This document shows positions 55,981 through 64,000 of a stretch of 64,000 nt of DNA, one piece after another. The DNA lies in assembly GCF_009914755.1 (NCBI RefSeq), contig NC_060933.1. One strand, written 5' to 3'. The position numbers were made by a program, and so were the translations under genes. The notes beneath the pieces are model-generated. The model saw only the letters and a program-made list of their open reading frames with translations, was not told the origin of the DNA and made no database searches. The stretch comes from the human T2T-CHM13v2.0 reference genome, Homo sapiens. Position 1 is the stretch's first letter. Each line of letters starts with the position of its first letter.

Positions 55981-58526
55981 AGTCAATTATTCTTTATGGA
56001 CTTCTGTTCTTTGAATAGATTTTCACAGACTTCAGAGTTGCATCCAAGCATTGCTTACTGTGACTTAAAGTATGTGAGTAAATGAGTAATAATATTCAGT
56101 GGCTCAAAGGTCACAGTCTCAGCTCAGTGATTAAGGACTCACATTAGGAGTTATGAGTGACTGACCCTTCCAAGAATACAATGAGCCCAATCTCCATAAT
56201 GTGACAACCTCATCCAATCTTCAAGGGTCTGTTGTCCGCAAGGTACACTGAGAAATACTTTTTAAAATTGTATGTCTGTCTCTTTTGATCTAAATTTCCT
56301 AAGATTAATTTGCCCTCAAAGATGTACCTGGTTTCTCTTAACAATGCATAGGATACTTTCCTCCTAAAATTTATGAGGCAATTTTTACTTTCACCTACAA
56401 CACATCTTAGATGGTTTTCATGGCATTAACCTAAAAGTTGGTTTCAGATAGTTTGAATAAAGTTCTGGTAACAATAGAGCCTTTTGTAAATTAGACATAC
56501 TTTTTCCTATTATCTTTGATAAATGTCTCTTTATTCTTAAAACTGTTCCCTGTTCTTGGAGTATCCTCTCTCTGTCTACAAAGACTACTTTGATTCTTTA
56601 ATATCTTTCCAGTGACACTTGTCCTTTCCCAAATATTACCTCGTGTGCCTAGGTATGTTGTATTCAATTTGCTACTCATGTACATTTCTCTTACCTCCCT
56701 GACTCTTCTAACTTCATTCATATTTCAGCAGACTTTTTGTCTTCTTCATTAGACTGAGTGCTTTCTGGAGGCTGACAGATTCCTCTTCAAATTTATAATA
56801 TTCAGTACAATATCAGTTGTATATCATTTTTGTTTTAGAAATTGATACCTTCCTAGTATAATACTGCCTTCAATCACATATGCATACTAGGTGTCCTTAT
56901 CATAAGCTTCTTGGTTAAAATCTTGAGTCACTCTCCTTTTTTTATCCTGTCATCTATTAATAATTATCTTTTACATTGGTATGAGAATGCCTCAAAGCCC
57001 ATTGGCATGAAATTGAAGAGAAGTCCTCATCATCTCTCTTTTTTACTCTTGACCACACCATTCAGATTGTATTTGAAAGAGCCTCTTTTCTTCAAATGCC
57101 AATGCTTTAATTTGCAATCCTGAGATTAATTGCTTTCATACTGAATTTTCTTCATCTCATCTTGTTTAGTGATTGGATTATTGATCTATATAAACTTTGT
57201 CTCTCTCACCTGTAAGTACAAGGTGCAATTTTCTGTCTCCCCTTTAGCAACCATCATGGATCCTTGCTCATATCAGGTGCCTAAATGTTTATAAAATAAG
57301 TTAAAAGCAAACAAATAGTATGACGCCTAATTCACAAACCATTCTAAGCAAAGTTCATGTATTTTGCCTGTTGGATGTTTATTTCAAAGCTTGCTTAAAT
57401 GACTTATGTGATGTCTGGTCCCTGATTCTCATTACAAGAGAATTGTCAAACTATATTAAATTGTTGAGGAATTTTGATAGAATATATAAAGTGTACTGAT
57501 TTAAAGATAGAACTGAAAATTATAAATTATATAAATATCATATTTATCAATTCTATTTTTAAAAATCTTAGTATGTGTTTTATAAGACAAGCAATTTCTA
57601 ATTTCTCAAGAACACAGACAATGGCATATGGTTTGTGTGGTGCATATCCAACATAAAGACTAAGAATTGAAGCCAAATCCTTGATAAAGAGACCAGTTTG
57701 GAAGAGCTTAAGATTAGAAAACTAGACATACTCAGTGGTGTCAGCAGACACAAACTCATCCCACTGGAAAAAAAAGCTGAAGACGAATCTCCGTGACTAT
57801 GGAGAATAAATAAACCTATGTCCAGAGAGTCCATGACCTTTTGGCATTCAGGAGATCTAGGTGGAGGTGGCAGACATGTGTGCCAAAAATTAAGTGGAAT
57901 ACGGTAATGAAGAACAAGAGGAATAAAATAATTAACAAATATTCGATTCTGAAAGACCTAGGAAAATACTAAAATGAGTTATCATTTCTAAATACATATA
58001 GAACAGCAGGTGTTTTATATGCAATATCTATTTTGAGTTTCTCTAGGATAGCTATAATCAGCCCCACTTTTCAAAAACAAAAAATTGAGTTTAGGCAAGT
58101 CACAATGCTAGTAAGTGGTAGTAGGAAATTCAAATCCAAGTGTCTGATTTCAAAGTCATAATCACATCACTACCTGGCATGTTATCCAAACTGGAACTCA
58201 GGCACGTAAGAGAAAAAAAGTGACCAAGCTCTTGAAACCTTAATACATGAGAGATATCTAATCAGAATAGAGCAGAACACCGTTACTAAAAGTGAGACAC
58301 ATTGGAACTAAACCTCAGTAAAACTAGCTTTATGTTCAGTCTTGCTCATGACTGAATGAACATTCTTGAGCCCTTCTACATTAGGGAGAATTGGTCCCAG
58401 TTCTCCGTATGAGGCTAAGCATGTATCTTTGGAAGCTAAGACAGTTATCAAAGTAAAGAAAAGGTGAGGGTAGCAGGAGCCCAGCAAGGCATCAAATGAA
58501 GAAATTAAACATGTAAAGATGATGTC

Positions 58527-58850
<324 letters not shown>

Positions 58851-59743
58851 ATGATTATTTTATTGTGATCTTAATCTTCTATTTCAAAATTTTTGTTGCC
58901 AAATGGCCCAATCCTGCAAAACAGCTGCACTTTGGCTGCAAAAACATCTAATTACCTTTTATGGGATGATCTTGGAGCTCATTCATTTAAAGATTTATGA
59001 TGAAAACTCACAACAAAGTTAAGAAGCTAGAATATAGAATTGTTTACACGTGGGGGGTGTGGAATACAGAGGCTGACTGAGAGAAGGGGGTGGCTTGGAT
59101 AGCAAATTCAGCCACATTCTCTCTACTACTTCTCACTTGCTCATCACTGAATTCATGCCAGAAAAGGTCACTGTTGACTGATAATTACTACTAACCTCTC
59201 TCACAGAAACTAGAAACCTTTGAACAAATAGAGTAGCTGAAGAACGTCGTAGTTAGAAGGAGTATCCTACTGGTTCTTTCTCCAGGCCCCCTTCACTTCA
59301 TAGGTTTACTGCATCTCAGCCAAGTGACTCAAATGTGATTTTTCCATTGGCTCCTTTTAGAGATACAATCCCAACATACCAACCTTTGAAGGCTTAATGG
59401 GCTAGGGGTTCAAGTCATAGCCGGCTTCATAGATTATCTGGTAACACATCAATAACAGTAACTCTTGGAAATTACCAGGATGAGACAGACCAATACTAAA
59501 CTGGAAATTCAGAGAATCGGGTCTGTACTAGCCTTGCCACCACCTAGTTATGTGACCTTGGATATTTCATGCCTTTGAGTCTCAGCTGTCCTCACTTTAG
59601 AAATGGGACTGTGTAGAACCACTGATCATTATTGTCTGTCTGCATTTAAAATTTCCATGCCATTTCCTTTAGCTCTAAAACCCCACCTTCCCCATAGATC
59701 ACATACAGCTCCATAATGTGCTCTTAGATTAAAACTTTCTGGG

Positions 59744-60042
59744 GGCCGGGTGCAGTGGCTTACGCCTCTAATCCCAGCAGTTTGGGAGGCCTAGGTGGGC
59801 GGAACACCTGAGTTCAGGAGTTCCAAACCAGCCTGGCCAACATGGCGAAACCTCATCTCTACTAAAAATACAAAATTAGCTGGGCATGGTGGTGCATGCC
59901 TGTAATCCCAGCTATTTGGGAGGCTGAGGCAGGAGAATCGCTTGAACCTGGGAGGCTGAGTTTGCAGAGTGAGCCAAGATCACACCATTGCACTACAGCC
60001 TGGGCAAAAAGAGTGAAACTCCATCTCGAAAAGAAAAGAAAA
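59744..60042 (+). mobile_element. AluSq/Sp
   Basis: ccattgcactacagcctgggcaaaaagagtgaaactcc; degenerate TSD aaaactttctggg / aaaaggttctggg. Confidence 0.93.
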
Positions 60043-61214
60043 GGTTCTGGGATAAAGTGTGTTTTGAAAAAGCTGTGTTGAACAAAGCTGAACAGATTTA
60101 TTTTCTGTGGGGGATGTTTTGGTGTCTTTAAAATGCAAACAGCCATAATGACTCACCAACAACTCAGGGGAAAAATTTTTTTTTTCCTCCAGATTTCTGA
60201 TCCATTCCTGATAACTTTTCCCTAAGCCCTCCACTCTCAGTGTATTAGACCATGAATGTTTCCCACCTCAAGCTGGAAGGACTAGATTCTTTGTTGGAGG
60301 TTGGAAACTGAGACTTAGTCTGGTTTTTGTTTTTTTGTTTTTTTGTTTTTTTTTTACAATTTTGCTGGTAAACACTTGGAAACAATGGCAACTTTCACCA
60401 CAGAGCAGCAGGATTCAACCCACTGGCATCTAAAGGCAAAGAGGTTTGGGGTGCATAAAGAAAAGCAGAACTGAATGGCAGTGTCTACTCAAAGAGATGG
60501 AAACCTGCTTTATTTAGGGACCCCTTTTACACCTAAATCTGGACCATTGTGAGACCCAGTACTGCTTTTTGAACTTGTATACTCTGCCAACCTTTGATCA
60601 TACCCAAAATCTCCTCAACCAAAGCTATTCAGTATCTACTAAGCAGATTTAGATAAAGGTCATACAATCAATGCATTCCTCTCTTTTCATGAGCAACCAA
60701 CAGGATTAATATTTTACATAACACACTGTTGAAATCACATGCATATGTTTTAAGATTATCTGAAATAACTGATGATGCTGCTACTAATAATAATAATTTA
60801 AGTTAATGTATATATCTGAAGCTAATCACATCGAGGACATTGCTTTCTTCTCCTTTTTACGTAAGTATTTATGTTGCTAAAGTTTTAAAAAGTGACTATG
60901 CCTGAATGCCAGCAATATGCCAGCTATGGAGATAGACTCCTCATGAACATTATATAATTTAAACAATAAAATGACTCAGTGAGGTAGATAGAGTCTTCTC
61001 CCCCTTTCAAAAATGAGAAACAAGTAATCAGAGAATTTGTATAATTTGTTTAAGGCCTAAAGCTACTAATTGGCAGAGGTGGATTCCTAGCTCAGGCCTG
61101 TCTGACCCCAGGGTCTTTGCAATTTTGTTAAGCTATGTCTCATTAATTTGCCATGATATACACTCATGCCATCCTCTCTCCTATTGCCCCCTGGCCCACC
61201 TTATGTCCTTTCCT

Positions 61215-61320
61215 AATGCATTTCTCTCTATCCCTTTCCCTCCCTTTTTCTGTCCTCCGTTTTTCTCCTTCCCTTGATTCTTCCTTCCTATCTTTTTCCT
61301 TTCCTCTATCTCTCCCTAGC
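61215..61320. repeat. CT-rich low-complexity tract
   Basis: Nearly pure pyrimidine run on the + strand. Confidence 0.7.
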
Positions 61321-62534
61321 TTTGCTACAACTGACAATATTACAGGCTGTCCTAAATGTCCCTAAATGTTATCTTCTCTGCTTTTGCAAAGTGTGTCTTT
61401 TTTCATCTCCCTTGGTCCTCACTGAGTCCCTGTTGTGGCTTTGTATTCTTTGCCACCTCTCTTTGCCCAGCCTCTGAAAATGCCTCTAAAAACCTACATT
61501 TGTCCCAACACTTTCCTAAGAAATGCACATTTCCCGTAAGGACCCCATTTAATTTTTATCACCAGCACCACTAAAATAACTGCTCTCAATACATTCATCC
61601 AAGACTTTTCACAGCCAGCAACCCCCTTCCTTTGCTTCCTTTGCTTTTTTAAACCTGTCAGGAAAAGGTGTTCTGAAATATTTCATTTTGTTGTTACTCA
61701 GAGCCGTGATTTTCCATCCTAACCATTTCAGGGACTATGAGTCAGTGCTTAGAACTGACTTGTGATTTCATCAACTTTCTTTAGGCTGGAAAATGCACAG
61801 GCTTGTGTCTGTCTCTGTTGCCCAAGAAAGCATTCCTAGTGTTTGATGCAGGCATCAAGACTGTGTCTTACCTGGATCCATAATCCTTCAGCTCAGTTGT
61901 TTCTAACACTCCCGGGAATCTTTCATCCATTGGAGAAAAGTATACTATCAAAGACTTAGATTAAACTCTCAAGCACATGACAAGTTATTCAGAGCAGAGC
62001 TGCCGCAGGGCTGAACCTGAACCTATGAGGTGTCTTCTTCCTAGTTCCATAAAATCTCTTACTTCTAAGAGATCTCTTGGAGAGGTAGCTGCCAACAAAC
62101 AGTATCCAAAAGACTGAGAACAAATAACGCTCCAGCCCAGTGATTCTTTGTTTAATAATTATTTTGGAGGAGGGGATATTAATTATTATTATGCAAAAAG
62201 TAGAAAACCAAGGACAAGAAGAAAGGAGGATGAAAAAGAAGACGAGAAAAATTATAAGGAAGAGGCCTCTGTGGCCAAATAAATTTAGAAATTTCTAGAT
62301 TAAGTGAAAGTAAACAAATTTCTGTACTTTCTGACTTTTTGTAGAGTAAAAATATTCTTTGAGAATATTCTGAAGAAGGTGCTTTAAATTTTACAAACTT
62401 ATCCAAAGCTTTTGTTTTCCATAGATTCTCACATCAATGTAGTTTTACAAAATACTTTAGGAAATAATGCACTCCCACTTCCTGAAAGAACTATATAACC
62501 ATCTGTGTTATTCATATTTAATTCATTAATATAT

Positions 62535-63000
62535 TCACTCATTCATTCATGCATATATTTATATAGTCATTCAAAATTTTGACTAGCATTCATTGTGATC
62601 TGAGCACTACAGATACAAAGATGAATGAATAGAATCCTAGTCCCTAAGGAATATGCTGTCTGATTAGAAAATGGGCATTTGGATGAATAAATTATAAAAT
62701 AATGTGATAAGGGCAATAATATGAAAACAAGAGATTCTGAGAGCACACAACAGGGCGAATCAATTTTCCCCTTTAGTTTAAAATGTATTAGTCTCTCTTT
62801 CATAAAACGGGAATGATAATACTTTCTCCATAGGATTGTTGGAAGACAGAATAGACTTCGCTGAAAAGAGGCGTGAGTAGCCTAATTTGGTGGTCTGTGT
62901 TTTGTGAATTTGGTAGCAAGAGAACATTAAAAGAAATGCTGAAGTTAGGAATAAGAGAATCAACTGTAGAACTTGTGAGGGGTACCCAGTGAGAGGAACA
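62535..63000 (-). mobile_element. L2 3' end fragment
   Basis: cattcattcat...cattcaaaatttttgactagc...gcactacagatacaaagatgaat...gtccctaagga. Confidence 0.6.
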
Positions 63001-64000
63001 AGATAGCAAATGTATGTAAGAAATGGTCTTGGCTATATGTTTGGGAGCAAGGAAAGAGCTCAGCAAGTGCTTATGGCAAATTAACTGCATTACACATTTT
63101 AGTTCTGCCATGGAGAGAAACAGAATCACTTCACAATACTACTAGATCTGAAGAGTTGATGAATTCTCACCTATCCATGTTGCTTAGACCGAAGCAACAG
63201 CAGCAACCTCAGAGAGAGTCAGTTCACTTTGCTACTTTTAGCATATTTTCTATTTTTCATTGTCCATAAATTTTTCTTCTAAGTTGCTGGCTGATTTAAT
63301 CTCAAACGTCCACTTCTCAAAACGCATACCTCCTGTAAACTGACTGTGTTTATTGAGCCCCAACCCAGGTCAGCAAAACATGACATTGCTACATGGTTAA
63401 ATAAAGTCAACTGATCCGAGTTCAACATGATGCATTACTGGATCCACAAAGGATCTGGAATCCAGCTGCACTCCCCACAAGGCAAGGATCTAACATGTCG
63501 TTCTATGATGCTCCTTTGGAAATCTGGAGTAAGAATTATACTATATAAAACCAAATTCTCTTATCTTATAAAACCACATTTTAAAAATCTTTAAGTCTCA
63601 GAGGGAGGTTGCAGTTGAATCAAGCCCCAAAATAGCTCTGGCAACTTTCATGAGAAAAGCAATACATATTTATTACATTTAATATCTTTTAACATAATTC
63701 AGACACATTCACTGTTCAGAGAGTTTTTTGTGTTTATTTTTTTTAGAATTTTTTTTTATGTGATCTGAGAATTGAATGAACAGAAAAGGGAAAAATGAAG
63801 AAGAAAATTTTGGCTTCAGCAGCAGCTGTACCTTTCTGGTGTTTGCTCTGAATTTTATTAGCTAAAATTTACTCTCTAGCAGGTGGCTAACTGTGAATGC
63901 AGGAAATTACTAGGCTTGTCCTTAGACTCTGAAGATGGGTGAAGGGTGCAGTCAGAGAATAGTAGAGCTCAAAATCTGCTTCAGAAATCACTGTTAATGG

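Overview
This is AT-rich, gene-poor primate (human-like) genomic DNA dominated by interspersed repeats. It carries 13 Alu/FLAM insertions, a near-full-length L1PA5-like LINE-1 (2450-8588), an older L1PA15/16-like element with a ~2.1-kb ORF2 deletion (~42650-47667), and further L1, L2, MIR and CR1 fragments. It also has MaLR/ERVL/ERV1 solo LTRs and hAT MITEs. I found no intact host protein-coding gene, tRNA, rRNA or CRISPR array, and I cannot place the locus from sequence alone. I see no multi-gene novel system. The best leads are: (1) a ~0.7-kb, apparently ancient reverse-transcriptase fossil (50830-51525, minus) that resembles Tx1-clade rather than mammalian L1 RT; (2) the L1PA5 5' end, which lacks the YY1 site, keeps an open and C-terminally extended antisense ORF0 (143 aa), and abuts a flanking minus-strand mini-exon; (3) a non-repetitive CTCF plus STAT/RUNX/ETS motif island at ~20.1-20.8 kb; and (4) several well-formed orphan splice and poly(A) signals that may belong to a lncRNA or alternative isoform. 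Subfamily names come from recalled consensus features, not a RepeatMasker run. Boundaries of old repeats are approximate.
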